This document shows, piece by piece, positions 34,861 to 45,131 of a DNA stretch of 46,305 nucleotides (positions are counted from its first letter, which is position 1; each line of letters begins with the position of its first letter). This stretch comes from a virus. The position numbers were made by a program, and so were the translations under genes. Where the stretch lies: UHGV virus genome UHGV-1364013. One strand, 5' to 3'. Below the pieces are notes generated by a model that had not been told where the DNA came from, did not search any database, and saw only the letters and a list, made by a program, of their open reading frames with translations.

Positions 34861-35288
34861 ATCTCCATGAACTTGTGCGTCCGCTTATCGGCATCGTGAA
34901 CCCTTTTCAGTCGGTCGTGATTCTCGTCTCCACAGGCTTCACCGTAAACGCGCAGTATGAGCAGGTCCCGGCATGGGCCCCCGCCGTTGAAGTCATGGCG
35001 CAGCCGCAGCCTGTCTCCGACAAGACGCTGCAATTTCTCGTGCAGCAGCGCCAGAACACGATCTGGCACGACTTTTATCTTTCAGGGGACTGGTCGGCCC
35101 TTGATCGTCCGGCGGAGCAGGGCGGCGATCTTCTCTACTGGGATGGCGCCGAGTGGCAGGTAGATCAAGTTCTGGAGCGCTGGAATCCCACGGCGGGCTG
35201 GACGAAAATCCGGTGCGTGAAGCTCCGGGAAACCGCGCCGCCGGAAATCGGGGCCACGGAACCGCCCAAAGGGGGAGACGATGAGTGA
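34857..35288 (+). CDS. Hypothetical neck/tail completion protein
   Basis: Overlapping start. Position in the module. Confidence 0.35.
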   Translation: MNLHELVRPLIGIVNPFQSVVILVSTGFTVNAQYEQVPAWAPAVEVMAQPQPVSDKTLQFLVQQRQNTIWHDFYLSGDWSALDRPAEQGGDLLYWDGAEWQVDQVLERWNPTAGWTKIRCVKLRETAPPEIGATEPPKGGDDE

Positions 35289-35766
35289 CGGCATCCTCGT
35301 GCAGGCCCTCGGCGATTTTTGTAAGCGTTACCTCGGCGATTCCGCCGTTGTTGTACGCGGCTACGTCAACCGCGTGAGCAAGCCGAAGACGAAAAGCTAC
35401 GTGCTCATCACCCCGATGACCATGACGCGCCTCTCGACGAACCTGCACCAGACCGAGTGCGGCGGGGAGGCCATCGTGCAGCCGCAGCGCCGCCGTGTCC
35501 AGCTTGACGTCTACGGCCCGACCGCCGCCGACCGTGCCCAGACGCTCGCAACGCTCCTACGCGACGGCGTCGGGTGCCGCTTCCTCCGGACCTACGGGAT
35601 CGCCCCCCTGTACGTCGAAGACCCGCAGGATATGACACAGGCGGAAGGGGACGAGCAGTACAACCCCCGCTTCATGCTCAACGTGCTGGTTCAGGCAAAC
35701 CGCGTTGAACACGTTGAGATGGATACTTTTACCGACGCGGAACTTTCCGTGCATCCGCTGGCATAG
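35281..35766 (+). CDS. Hypothetical tail completion protein
   Basis: Overlapping start. Position in the module. Confidence 0.35.
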   Translation: MSDGILVQALGDFCKRYLGDSAVVVRGYVNRVSKPKTKSYVLITPMTMTRLSTNLHQTECGGEAIVQPQRRRVQLDVYGPTAADRAQTLATLLRDGVGCRFLRTYGIAPLYVEDPQDMTQAEGDEQYNPRFMLNVLVQANRVEHVEMDTFTDAELSVHPLA

Positions 35767-35784
35767 CAAACACAGGAGGGCGCA

Positions 35785-37290
35785 ATGAGCGTCAATGCCG
35801 ACAAACTGGTTCAAATCATCCCCCGCATCATCGAGGGCGGCACGCCGGGCCTGACCTTCGCCGGGCTCATCCTTTCGCAGTCCGAGCTTTTGCCCGCAGG
35901 CCGGGTCGTGCAGTTCGCCAGCGCGCAGGCTGTGGCGAATTACTTTGGATCGCTTTCGGAAGAGGCAAGCATGGCTTCCATGTACTTTTCCGGCTACGTG
36001 AATACGACGAGCCTCCCGGACAAGATTTTCTTTGCCCGGTACAACGGCGAGTCCGTGGGCGCATGGCTGCGCGGTGCGAAATATACGGGCAATCTCGCCG
36101 TGTTGCAGGCCGTCACCAACGGCGCGATGGTCATTTCCATCGACAACACGCCGCACACGCTTTCCTCCGTGGATTTGTCCGCTGCGACCAGCTTCTCGCA
36201 GGTTGCGGAGGCGATCCAGACCGCGCTCACGACGGCGGGCGCGACCGGGGCGAAGGTGACGTACTCCAGCCAGACTGGGGCGTTCCAGATCGACAGCCCG
36301 ACGACCGGGGCAAGTTCCGCCGTGGCCTTTCCGACGCCGCCGGAAGTCGGGACCGACCTCGGCGCACTGCTTCTGCTCACCGAACAGTCCGGTGCCGTCC
36401 AGTCCGTAGGCATGGCCGCGCAGACGCTCCCCGACTGCATGACCAACGTGCTCCTGTACGCCCGCGACTGGGTGACGTTCTCAACGGTATGGGAGCCCGA
36501 GCTTGACGATAAGATCGCGCTCGCACAATGGTGCGCCGGGTATGACACACGTTTCGCCTATGTGATGTGGGATACCGACAACGCCGCGCAGGTCGCGGGT
36601 TCCACGGCCTCGGCGGGGTATCAGATCGCCAAGGTGCTCGAACTCGACGGTACGGTTCCCGTGTTCAACACGCCTGAGCTCGCCGCGTGGGTCATGGGCA
36701 CGGCGGCCTCCATCAACTTTGAAGAGACGAACGGACGGCTCACCTTCGCCTTCAAGCATGGCGAAGGGCTTGCCGTAACCTGCGACAACGACGAGAACTA
36801 TGATGCGCTGATCGCCAACGCCTACAACTGCTATGCGGACTTCGCCACGGCCTCCAGCCAGTTCAAGTTTTTCCAGAATGGGCAGGTTTCCGGCAAATGG
36901 GGCTGGCTCGACACCTACCTTGACGCCATCGCCATCAAAGACGGCCTCCAGCTTAACCTCCTTGATCTGTTCAAGGCCGTAACGTGCATCCCCTACAACG
37001 AGAGCGGCTACGGCATGATCCGCACGGCATGTCTCGACACCATCACGCGGTTTCTCGACTTCGGGGCTATCCGCACGGGCGTGACCCTCTCGAACACCCA
37101 AAAGGTGCAGCTCCTCGCGGAAATCGGGCTGGACGTTTCCCAGACGCTTGAAACGCAGGGCTGGTACATGCAGGTCAAGGACCCCGGCGCGACCGTACGC
37201 GGACAGCGCCAGTCCCCCGAATGTAAATTCTACTACATGGACGGCGGCAGCGTGCAGCAAATCGTCATGCCCGCCACGGCCATTCAGTGA
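35785..37290 (+). CDS. Tail sheath protein (DUF3383-like)
   Basis: 501 aa. SD acaggagggcgca before the ATG. Precedes the tube gene. Confidence 0.55.
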   Translation: MSVNADKLVQIIPRIIEGGTPGLTFAGLILSQSELLPAGRVVQFASAQAVANYFGSLSEEASMASMYFSGYVNTTSLPDKIFFARYNGESVGAWLRGAKYTGNLAVLQAVTNGAMVISIDNTPHTLSSVDLSAATSFSQVAEAIQTALTTAGATGAKVTYSSQTGAFQIDSPTTGASSAVAFPTPPEVGTDLGALLLLTEQSGAVQSVGMAAQTLPDCMTNVLLYARDWVTFSTVWEPELDDKIALAQWCAGYDTRFAYVMWDTDNAAQVAGSTASAGYQIAKVLELDGTVPVFNTPELAAWVMGTAASINFEETNGRLTFAFKHGEGLAVTCDNDENYDALIANAYNCYADFATASSQFKFFQNGQVSGKWGWLDTYLDAIAIKDGLQLNLLDLFKAVTCIPYNESGYGMIRTACLDTITRFLDFGAIRTGVTLSNTQKVQLLAEIGLDVSQTLETQGWYMQVKDPGATVRGQRQSPECKFYYMDGGSVQQIVMPATAIQ

Positions 37291-37304
37291 TGATGAGGTA
37301 AAAC

Positions 37305-37754
37305 ATGGCTGACAACTTCGGCAACATGACGATTACAGCGGCAAATTGCACGCTTTTCCTGACGGTTCCCGGGCTCTACGACAGCCCCGTGCAGATCGAG
37401 GGGTTCAGCACCGACGCAATGGTCAGCGTGGCCACGAATACCCCCGTCGTCGCGGAAAAGGGCGTTGACGGGCATACCTCCTTCGGGTGGGTGCCGACCA
37501 ACAAGGAAGTCACAATCACTCTCGCGGCGGACAGTCCGAGCCGCCAGATCATGGAAGACTGGGCGACGTATCAGGAAACCGCCCGGGAAGTGATGCTCTG
37601 CAATGCCGAGTTCGCCATGCCGAGCATCAACCGGAAGATCACCGGGAAGCGGGGCGGCCTCACCTCCGTGCAGTCCAGCCCCAACGCCGCTCAGACCTTG
37701 CAGGCGAGTGCCTTCGTCATCACCTTTGACCAGTGGACCGCGAGTCCGCTTTAA
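37305..37754 (+). CDS. Tail tube protein
   Basis: 149 aa, lying between sheath and chaperone. Confidence 0.5.
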   Translation: MADNFGNMTITAANCTLFLTVPGLYDSPVQIEGFSTDAMVSVATNTPVVAEKGVDGHTSFGWVPTNKEVTITLAADSPSRQIMEDWATYQETAREVMLCNAEFAMPSINRKITGKRGGLTSVQSSPNAAQTLQASAFVITFDQWTASPL

Positions 37755-37769
37755 ACCGTGGAGGCCGTC

Positions 37770-38267
37770 ATGCTTAACGAAAAGATCATTGCCATCGACA
37801 AGGGCCGCGACGCCGGGAAGACCTTCAAGGTCAAGGAAATGCCCGTCACCAAGCTGGAAAAATGGGCCGCCCGTGCGCTGCTCGCCGTCTTCGGTTCCGA
37901 GATGCCCGCCGACATCCGGACGCTTTCAGCGTCTTCGAACACCGCCGCGCTGCTTTCCGCCGGGCTCCGGGGGCTCTCGGGGCTCCGGTGGGAACAGGCC
38001 GAACCGCTCTATGACGAGCTTCTCGGGCAAATCTACCGCGTCCCGAACCCCGGAAAGCCCGATGATGCTATCCGTCTCACTCCGCAAAACCTCGACGCCC
38101 ATGTCGAGGACGTGGGCACGATCTACCGCCTGCGTTGGGAGGCCATCGCCGTCTGTCTGGATTTTTTGCAGGGCGGCGAGGACTTGACCTCCCGCCTGTT
38201 GCAGATCCTCAACCCCTCGGGCTCCGGGACTACGCAAACCTCCCCGGATGCGTCGGCATCCCGGTAA
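37770..38267 (+). CDS. Tail assembly chaperone (G-like)
   Basis: SD ggagg before ATG 37770. The 3' end overlaps the -1 frame ORF. Confidence 0.5.
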   Translation: MLNEKIIAIDKGRDAGKTFKVKEMPVTKLEKWAARALLAVFGSEMPADIRTLSASSNTAALLSAGLRGLSGLRWEQAEPLYDELLGQIYRVPNPGKPDDAIRLTPQNLDAHVEDVGTIYRLRWEAIAVCLDFLQGGEDLTSRLLQILNPSGSGTTQTSPDASASR

Positions 38268-38398
38268 GCCGGAACCTCGCGACGCTGCACGAGATGCAGA
38301 CAGTATACGGCCTGTCCGATGCTTACGAGATGCTAGAAATCATCGCCGTGGACGGCCACAACCAACGCCTCTGGAGTAAATTCCATGAACGCAGGTGA
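38162..38398 (+). other. Predicted -1 programmed frameshift extension (GT-like product); slippery heptamer T_TTT_TTG at 38162-38168
   Basis: The ORF in frame -1 relative to G runs up to the tape-measure start. The heptamer is in the correct zero-frame phase (gaT TTT TTG). Confidence 0.4.
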
Positions 38399-40193
38399 AC
38401 TCGTCGTTTCCCTCATCCTCTCCGCAGGGGCTTTCAAAGCTCAAGTGCAGAACGCCCAAAAAGGACTGGACGGCGTGCAGGCCGCAGCCGTTGACGCGGG
38501 GCGCGCGACATATGACGCAGGCGTCAAGGGGGCCCAAGGGCTTGGTCAGTCTGCCGATGCCGCCTCTTCGTTGCAGGCCGCCTTTGAAGAAGCCGTGCAA
38601 AAAGGCCGCGAAATCAGCGAGGTGACGAAAGAGTATCAGCGGATGCGCGAGGAGCTTATCCGCACCGGAGCGTCTAAGACCCGTCTCGACGCACTCGATG
38701 ATGCGGCAAGGAAACTTGGCGTCTCGTTGAAAGAAACGGGGGATAAGGGCGCACTCAGCTTTGAGCGGCTCAAGGGAACACTCACGAAAGTTCTTGGGGT
38801 AATCGGTGGCGTTGCCTTTATCAAAAGTCAGCTCACGGAGTTTACCGACGCAGCCCTTGAAGTAGATACGGCGAGCAAGACTCTGGGGATGGACATCAAA
38901 GAGTTCCAAGGCTGGCAGAATGCAGCGGAAAAAGTCGGGCTTGAGACGCAAGATCTGGTTCAGCTTTTCGGTGACGTCAGCGACAGGATGTATGACGCTG
39001 TTCTCCATGACTCTGGTCCGTTCAAGGATGCCGTTGACGATATTGGAATCTCGCTCAAAGGCGTTAAGGAAGGGGCCACTTCATCCGCGGATATGCTTTT
39101 GCAATTTGCCAGAGCTGTAGAAAAGATGCCGAAAGACAAAGCGCACGGCCTTCTCACTCAGTACGGCTTCGATCCTGAAAGCATCAAACTCATCATGATG
39201 GGAGAAAAAGAGCTTGAAAAGCTGATCAAAACGGGAAAGGAGAAGGCCCGTTTTGACAAACGAGATATTGAGAACGCACAGAAGCTACGGGAAGCGCAAC
39301 AGCGTCTTAATGCAGCTTGGCGCACCATCTCAGCCCTTTTCGCCAGCACCGTCTCCCCTGCGATCACGTTTTTGACGAACCTGCTCGGCGATCTCCTCGG
39401 GTGGGTGAAAGAAAACAAGCAGTTCGTGATCGTCTTCTTTACGGCGTTAGCCGGGGTCATTACGACGCTCATGCTCCCGGCGTTGAGCGCGATGGCGACG
39501 GCGGCATGGGCTGCGATTGCGCCGTTTACGCCGCTGATCGCAATAGTAGGTGCGGTTGCGTTGGTTATCGACGATCTCATTACCTACATCAACGGCGGAG
39601 AATCCGCACTTTCCGCGCTCTGGTCGGTGTTTGGAACCGGCGACGAAATCGGGGCTCGTTTCAAGGCTATTTGGGAAGGCATCAAAAGTATCCTCGGGGG
39701 CGTCTGGGATGCGCTTTCAGGGGTCGCCAAGCTCTTCAACTCCGTCCTTACGCTGGACGGAAAAGGCGTTATTGAAGCCCTCAAAACGATCTGGGGAGGC
39801 ATCTCCAAAATCAACGATGTGCTTGTCGAAATGCTGAATTGGGTAGCCCAGAAGCTCTACAACTTGCTTCCCGACTGGATCAAGGATTGGCTCGGCGGCG
39901 ATGAGTCTTCGCGCCCGGAAGAAACGAAGGCCGAGGCCAAGCCCGGCGGCGTCGCCGATTCGATGCGGGTTGGTGATGTCCGCCCGTCTATTCTGCCGCC
40001 GCAGGTGCGCGCCGGGGATGCGCGTCCGGGAAACGTGAGCAACGTCAACAATTCTCGTCAGATGACGTCAACCACCAATGTGGGTGAGGTCAAGGTCTAC
40101 ACGCAGGCTACGGATGCGGAGGGGATGGCCGAAGGAGTGGTTCCGGCACTTCGTAATCAGACCGCGCAGGCAGACAGCGCATTCGGGTACTGA
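38385..40193 (+). CDS. Tape measure protein
   Basis: 602 aa. Ala/Gln-rich coiled N-terminus and a central hydrophobic block. Follows the G/GT pair. Confidence 0.7.
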   Translation: MNAGELVVSLILSAGAFKAQVQNAQKGLDGVQAAAVDAGRATYDAGVKGAQGLGQSADAASSLQAAFEEAVQKGREISEVTKEYQRMREELIRTGASKTRLDALDDAARKLGVSLKETGDKGALSFERLKGTLTKVLGVIGGVAFIKSQLTEFTDAALEVDTASKTLGMDIKEFQGWQNAAEKVGLETQDLVQLFGDVSDRMYDAVLHDSGPFKDAVDDIGISLKGVKEGATSSADMLLQFARAVEKMPKDKAHGLLTQYGFDPESIKLIMMGEKELEKLIKTGKEKARFDKRDIENAQKLREAQQRLNAAWRTISALFASTVSPAITFLTNLLGDLLGWVKENKQFVIVFFTALAGVITTLMLPALSAMATAAWAAIAPFTPLIAIVGAVALVIDDLITYINGGESALSALWSVFGTGDEIGARFKAIWEGIKSILGGVWDALSGVAKLFNSVLTLDGKGVIEALKTIWGGISKINDVLVEMLNWVAQKLYNLLPDWIKDWLGGDESSRPEETKAEAKPGGVADSMRVGDVRPSILPPQVRAGDARPGNVSNVNNSRQMTSTTNVGEVKVYTQATDAEGMAEGVVPALRNQTAQADSAFGY

Positions 40194-40194
40194 C

Positions 40195-40752
40195 ATGGCA
40201 TTCGGCGCGCTCCCGCCGGGACAGCCCGGCAACTGGTCGATTTTCGATAAAGACGGCGCCAAGGCCCTCGACTTCGACACGTTCTTTTCCTGCTCGATCA
40301 AGGCCGAGAACAAAATCGGTTCCAACCCCGTCGAGAAAGGGAGTTTCGCGGATTACAACAAGGTCGCTTCTCCCACGGCGGTGTCGGTCGTGCTGGGCCG
40401 CACTGGGAAGAGCGACGAGCTTGCGGCTTTTCTGGAGGCGCTGGACAAGCTGGCGGAAAGTACCGATCTCGTGAGCATCGTTACCCCGGAAAAGACGTTT
40501 CTCGACTACAACCTCGTCTCCTACGACTACGACCGCAAGGCTGAAAACGGCGTGGACAGGCTGCTTGTGGGGCTCATGCTGCAAGAGATCCGGCAGGTCG
40601 AGCCGCAGTACAGCAACGAAACGATAAAGCCAATCAGTAAAGCGCAGGCAAAGAATCCGACCGACGCAAGCACCACGGATGCCGGGAAACAACAGGGGCA
40701 GACGACGCAAAAAAGCACACTGAAAAAGCTAGGCGAGGGGATTTTCGGATGA
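40195..40752 (+). CDS. Hypothetical tail/baseplate protein
   Basis: TGAcATG. Position in the module. Confidence 0.35.
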   Translation: MAFGALPPGQPGNWSIFDKDGAKALDFDTFFSCSIKAENKIGSNPVEKGSFADYNKVASPTAVSVVLGRTGKSDELAAFLEALDKLAESTDLVSIVTPEKTFLDYNLVSYDYDRKAENGVDRLLVGLMLQEIRQVEPQYSNETIKPISKAQAKNPTDASTTDAGKQQGQTTQKSTLKKLGEGIFG

Positions 40753-41051
40753 TGACCGTACCGCTCCGACAGGAGCCGAACCAGAGCCTCCAGATTGTGC
40801 TTGGGGAACAGAACTGCACCCTCCGGTTCATCTCCCGAGGCGTGAACCTGTACTGCGACCTTGCTGTCGACCAGACGGTCATCTGGTCTGGGGTCATCTG
40901 CCGTAACCTCGTCGGCTTGAAGCTGTACGACTATCTCGCCTTCCGGGGGCAGCTCTACTTTGTCGATATGCAAGGCGAAGAGGATCCGCACTGGTCGGGC
41001 CTCGGCGACCGATTCCAGCTCGTTTATGTCGAAGAAGGGGAAACGCTGTGA
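40749..41051 (+). CDS. Hypothetical baseplate protein
   Basis: Overlapping start. Confidence 0.35.
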   Translation: MMTVPLRQEPNQSLQIVLGEQNCTLRFISRGVNLYCDLAVDQTVIWSGVICRNLVGLKLYDYLAFRGQLYFVDMQGEEDPHWSGLGDRFQLVYVEEGETL

Positions 41052-41950
41052 ACACGAGCTTCACCCAAAAGCTGCTTGAAGCGCACATCACGCTCGCCAA
41101 GGGCGGCTTCAACACGGTTACCGGGCAAGGTGCGAACACCAAGATCATCCGGCTCGGCATGGATGTGGACATCCAGAAGCCCGGCGGGAAAGAGAAGAAC
41201 AAGGCCAAGGTCAAAATTTTCAACATGCCCTTGGCGGATATGGAGACACTGACGACGCTGGCGTTCAAGCCGTTGCAGGCGTCGAAAAACCGTATCGCCG
41301 TGTATGCGGGCGATGAAGAGCACGGGATGTCTCTGGCGTTCTCCGGCGATATCGTAAGCGCCGTCCCGAACTTCAACGCGGCACCGGACCCCTCTTTCGA
41401 TATCGAGTGCATCACGGGATACGTCGCCAGCATCACGCCCGTGCCGCCGTTGACGGCGCAAGGCTCGCAGGACGTGGCCACGCTTATGCAGGGACTCGCA
41501 AAGCAGATGGAGCTTGCCTTCGTCAACCGCGGCGTCTCCGTCTCCCTGCGCAACGTGGCCCTCGTCGGCGGCCCGATGGAACAGGCGCAGCAGCTTGCCC
41601 ACGATGCCCGCATCGATCTTATCGTCGACGACGGCGAGATGGTCATCTCCCCGCTTGCGACGCTTCGCAGCGATGACGGCGGCTCGACGCCCGTCTGGTC
41701 CGCGAAAAGCGGCATGATTGGCTATCCGAGCTTCGACAACGAAGGCGTGACGGTGAAAGGCATCTACGAGCCGAAGCTCCAGATCGGCGGCCCGGTGCGT
41801 ATTGAGAGCATCGTCCCCCGCGCATCCGGCCTCTGGCAGATCGTAAGCCTGAGCCACAAATTGCAGGCAGGCTATCCCGGAGCAACGCAGTGGGTAAGCC
41901 AGATCAAGGCAAGCTATCCCGGCGCGAAGCCGAAGAAGGACAAGAAATAA
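41048..41950 (+). CDS. Putative baseplate hub protein
   Basis: Position before the gpV-like spike. Confidence 0.35.
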   Translation: MNTSFTQKLLEAHITLAKGGFNTVTGQGANTKIIRLGMDVDIQKPGGKEKNKAKVKIFNMPLADMETLTTLAFKPLQASKNRIAVYAGDEEHGMSLAFSGDIVSAVPNFNAAPDPSFDIECITGYVASITPVPPLTAQGSQDVATLMQGLAKQMELAFVNRGVSVSLRNVALVGGPMEQAQQLAHDARIDLIVDDGEMVISPLATLRSDDGGSTPVWSAKSGMIGYPSFDNEGVTVKGIYEPKLQIGGPVRIESIVPRASGLWQIVSLSHKLQAGYPGATQWVSQIKASYPGAKPKKDKK

Positions 41951-42672
41951 TGCAGGGACAACGCGGCCTCTCGACAAATTCCAGCGAGTACAACGCGCAG
42001 GACTTCATGATCAGCCAGATGCTCGGGCGCATCGCCACGGCTGAACCCGTGCGTGTGGTCGCCGTCTCCGGCTCGGGCGTCTCCCCGGTGGGCTTCGTCG
42101 ACGTGCAGCCTCTCGTCAACCTCGTGACGGGCGAACAGAAGGCGCAGGAGCAGAGCGTGCTCTTCAAGCTCCCGTACTTGCGTATCCAGGGCGGGAAAAA
42201 CGCCCTCGTCATCGACCCGCAGCCGGGCGACATCGGCCTCGCCGTCTACGCCATGCGCGACACGGAATCACTCAAAGAGAGCCGGGGAGCGGACGGGACC
42301 GTCAATCCTGGGTCAGCCCGTGCCATGAGCAAAGGCGACGGCTTCTATCTCGGAGGTTTCTTGAACGCCGCGCCTGAACGCTATGTGCTGGTCGACGACG
42401 AGGGCGTCACCATCGAAGGAGTGGCCAAACTGACGATGCACGGGGAAACTTCCGTCCTGACGGCGGAAAATGGACTCACCATCAACGCCGACGTGCGCAT
42501 CAACGGCTCTCTAACATGGACGGGCACGGCGCAGGGCGACGGCGGTCCGGCCCGGTTCTCCGGCGGCCTCACGAACGCGGGAGGGACGGTTGAGAGCAAC
42601 GGTAAGGTCTTGGAAACCCATGTTCATACCGGGGTCGAGTCCGGTTCCGGCATATCCGGACAACCACAGTAA
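41950..42672 (+). CDS. Baseplate spike protein (gpV-like)
   Basis: taATG overlap. VRVVAVSGSGVSPVGFVDVQP...GDIGLAVY fits the phage_base_V pattern. Confidence 0.5.
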   Translation: MQGQRGLSTNSSEYNAQDFMISQMLGRIATAEPVRVVAVSGSGVSPVGFVDVQPLVNLVTGEQKAQEQSVLFKLPYLRIQGGKNALVIDPQPGDIGLAVYAMRDTESLKESRGADGTVNPGSARAMSKGDGFYLGGFLNAAPERYVLVDDEGVTIEGVAKLTMHGETSVLTAENGLTINADVRINGSLTWTGTAQGDGGPARFSGGLTNAGGTVESNGKVLETHVHTGVESGSGISGQPQ

Positions 42673-42683
42673 CGGGGGGTGTT

Positions 42684-43457
42684 ATGCCTGATTTTCAGTA
42701 CCAGCCGCCTACAGGACCGCTGTCCGGCAGCGAATTCGAGCGACAAACCACACGGTTCTTTTGGCAAGTGCAGGGAGCCGCAGACGCAGCACAGTCTACC
42801 GCAATAGCTGCACAGATCACTGCAAACGAGGCGATCGAGCGAGCTCAAGCCTCAAACCTTGTCTACGGAAAGACCACGCAGGCCGACACGGGCGGCGTGA
42901 TCACCGTGAAAGATGTGGCGATTGGTGGGGATCTCGGGGATCTGGCGAGCGCGCGGGGACAGATTGGTAATTCCAAAGCACAGGGGTCGCACGATTTTTC
43001 ATCCGGGATGCTCAGTGAAAAACCGGGCATGTACACAGCAATGAACTTTGGTTCCACAAACGTTCCGTTCACTGGGCCTTTTGCAGAAATGATCTTGGGG
43101 ACGCCTACATACAGAGGGTCCCTTTTGATAACTTCTGGACGTCATAGTTTCCCCCGCGCCGCTATCAGTGCTATCGATATGGGAGAGGGGGGAGGATTCA
43201 GCGGATACACTCGCCTTATTACCGAACAGCAAATCGGCGACGGACTCACAAACACCAACGGGATCATCTCCGTGCCTGAGTATGACGGCGCGACGGCATC
43301 GACCGCCGGAACGTCTGGCCTCGTACCGCCCGCAGCCGCCGGGCAAGCCAACTACGTGCTCTGTGGCGATGGAGAATGGCGGGACATAGCGACGCTTGTC
43401 GCCGCTGCGCAGGCTCGGCTTGCCGAATCTGTAAAAGCGGAAGAAGGGGCTTTATGA
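42684..43457 (+). CDS. Hypothetical baseplate/tail protein
   Basis: ORF in the module. Confidence 0.35.
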   Translation: MPDFQYQPPTGPLSGSEFERQTTRFFWQVQGAADAAQSTAIAAQITANEAIERAQASNLVYGKTTQADTGGVITVKDVAIGGDLGDLASARGQIGNSKAQGSHDFSSGMLSEKPGMYTAMNFGSTNVPFTGPFAEMILGTPTYRGSLLITSGRHSFPRAAISAIDMGEGGGFSGYTRLITEQQIGDGLTNTNGIISVPEYDGATASTAGTSGLVPPAAAGQANYVLCGDGEWRDIATLVAAAQARLAESVKAEEGAL

Positions 43458-43888
43458 ATTTCCGAGCGGTTCTGAATATCCGCGCGCTGTCTAATATTCG
43501 TGATGAAGTGCAAGCAACTGCCGAAGTGGTAGATTCGGGGCTCCTATCATTACGTCTTAATGGACAGTGGGATTTGACGCTCTCCGTAGGGGGCAATCTT
43601 GCTTCGGCAGGGGGGACTATGCGCATCGTGCAGGATGTCGCATCGTATGTACACACATTCCAAGGAGAACCGTACTACGCGCAGCAAGACGGAATCCCGT
43701 ACTTCATGCGCGAGCTTGGTTCCCTCCCTCCCGCCGAGCTCGTGCGGGCGCGCTCGAATGCCCGTGCGCTTGAAGTCCCCGGCGTAGCGCAGGCTGATAC
43801 GCAGCTTTCTCGGCTTGAAAAACGCATCTTGAGCGGGACGATCCGCATCACCACGGAAACGGGGGAAACCGCAGATGTCGCAGTCTAG
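43454..43888 (+). CDS. Putative baseplate wedge protein (gp25/W-like)
   Basis: ATGA overlap. Sits just before the J-like gene. Confidence 0.3.
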   Translation: MNFRAVLNIRALSNIRDEVQATAEVVDSGLLSLRLNGQWDLTLSVGGNLASAGGTMRIVQDVASYVHTFQGEPYYAQQDGIPYFMRELGSLPPAELVRARSNARALEVPGVAQADTQLSRLEKRILSGTIRITTETGETADVAV

Positions 43889-45131
43889 CATCGATTTTAC
43901 CGAAAACGGCCCGGTCGTCCCCGATACCGCGACCGTTCGGGACACTGTCGAAACGAATTGGCAGGCGGCATTCGACAATCGGCTGAACCCGGATCCGGCT
44001 ACGCCGCAGGGACAGCTCATTGCCTCAGAAACGGCTATCGTGCAGGACAAGAACAGCCAACTTTTGTTCCTCGCGAATATGTTCAACCCCGAGACTGCGG
44101 AGGGTATCTATCAAGACGCGCTCGCCAAAATCTACTTCCTGACCAGGCAGCCTGCACGCTCCACAGTTGTTCCGTGTGTCTGTACGGGGCTTCCCGGTAC
44201 AGTCATTCCCGGCATCGGCAGCGACGCCCCGGCGCTCGCGAAAGATGCGGACGGGAATGTTTTGATCTGCCAGACAGGAGGCACGATCCCGCAGTCCGGC
44301 AGCATCGTTTTGGAGTTCGCCTGTCAGGTTCCGGGGCCGATTGAAATCCGGCAGGGAACCGTGACTACGATTGTACGTACCATCCCCGGGTGGGATACGA
44401 TCACAAACGCCGATGGGATCACCGGACAAAACGTCGAGAGCCGGGCCGCGTTCGAGTCCCGGCGCTACGCCAGCGTCGCGAAGAACGCCCGGAGCGTCGC
44501 CGCCGCCGTCTATGCCAACGTCGGCGATCTGGATGGCGTGCTTGATGTCTGTGTGCGCGAGAACAAAACCAGCGCGCCGCTTGAAGTGCAGGGCGTTACG
44601 CTCAAGCCGCACTCAATCTATGTGGCGGTCGTCGGCAGCGCGACGGATAGTGATATTGCTGAGGCCATTTACGCCCGTTGTTCAGCCGGATGTGATTACA
44701 ACGGCAACACCAGCGTCACTGTGACCGATCCGGTAACCGGAGCGGTCGAGACGGTACTCTTTGAGCGCCCGGAATCGCTCCCGGTGGGCATTCAGGTGGC
44801 TATCCGCAAAAATGCCTCAATGCCGAGCAACGTCGAAGAACTCATTAAAGCTGCCGTTGTCGCCGAATTCTACGGAGAAACCGCCGACGCCTGCGGAAAT
44901 ACGGGTCAGCGCGTTCATATCGGGGATACCGTGTATGCAAGCCGCTTTTATTCAGCCGTGCTCGGAACGGGTGTCACCGACTTGGTGAGTATCGAAATCG
45001 CGGCGCCCGTCGGCGAAGGCTCCCCACCAACATGGGGCGACTACATCACCATCAATATAGATGAAGCCCCCACGCTCGTCTCCGATAACGTCACTGTAAC
45101 TATCATCGAAACGAGGTCGGGCCGTGGATAA
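43875..45131 (+). CDS. Baseplate J-like protein
   Basis: 418 aa. N-terminus resembles the Baseplate_J family. Confidence 0.6.
   Translation: MSQSSIDFTENGPVVPDTATVRDTVETNWQAAFDNRLNPDPATPQGQLIASETAIVQDKNSQLLFLANMFNPETAEGIYQDALAKIYFLTRQPARSTVVPCVCTGLPGTVIPGIGSDAPALAKDADGNVLICQTGGTIPQSGSIVLEFACQVPGPIEIRQGTVTTIVRTIPGWDTITNADGITGQNVESRAAFESRRYASVAKNARSVAAAVYANVGDLDGVLDVCVRENKTSAPLEVQGVTLKPHSIYVAVVGSATDSDIAEAIYARCSAGCDYNGNTSVTVTDPVTGAVETVLFERPESLPVGIQVAIRKNASMPSNVEELIKAAVVAEFYGETADACGNTGQRVHIGDTVYASRFYSAVLGTGVTDLVSIEIAAPVGEGSPPTWGDYITINIDEAPTLVSDNVTVTIIETRSGRG

Noticed and set aside
40894-41977. Minus-strand ORFs of 273 and 317 aa opposite baseplate genes
   Set aside because: Antisense artefacts in GC-rich coding DNA. 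Their translations are Arg/Ala-rich low complexity.
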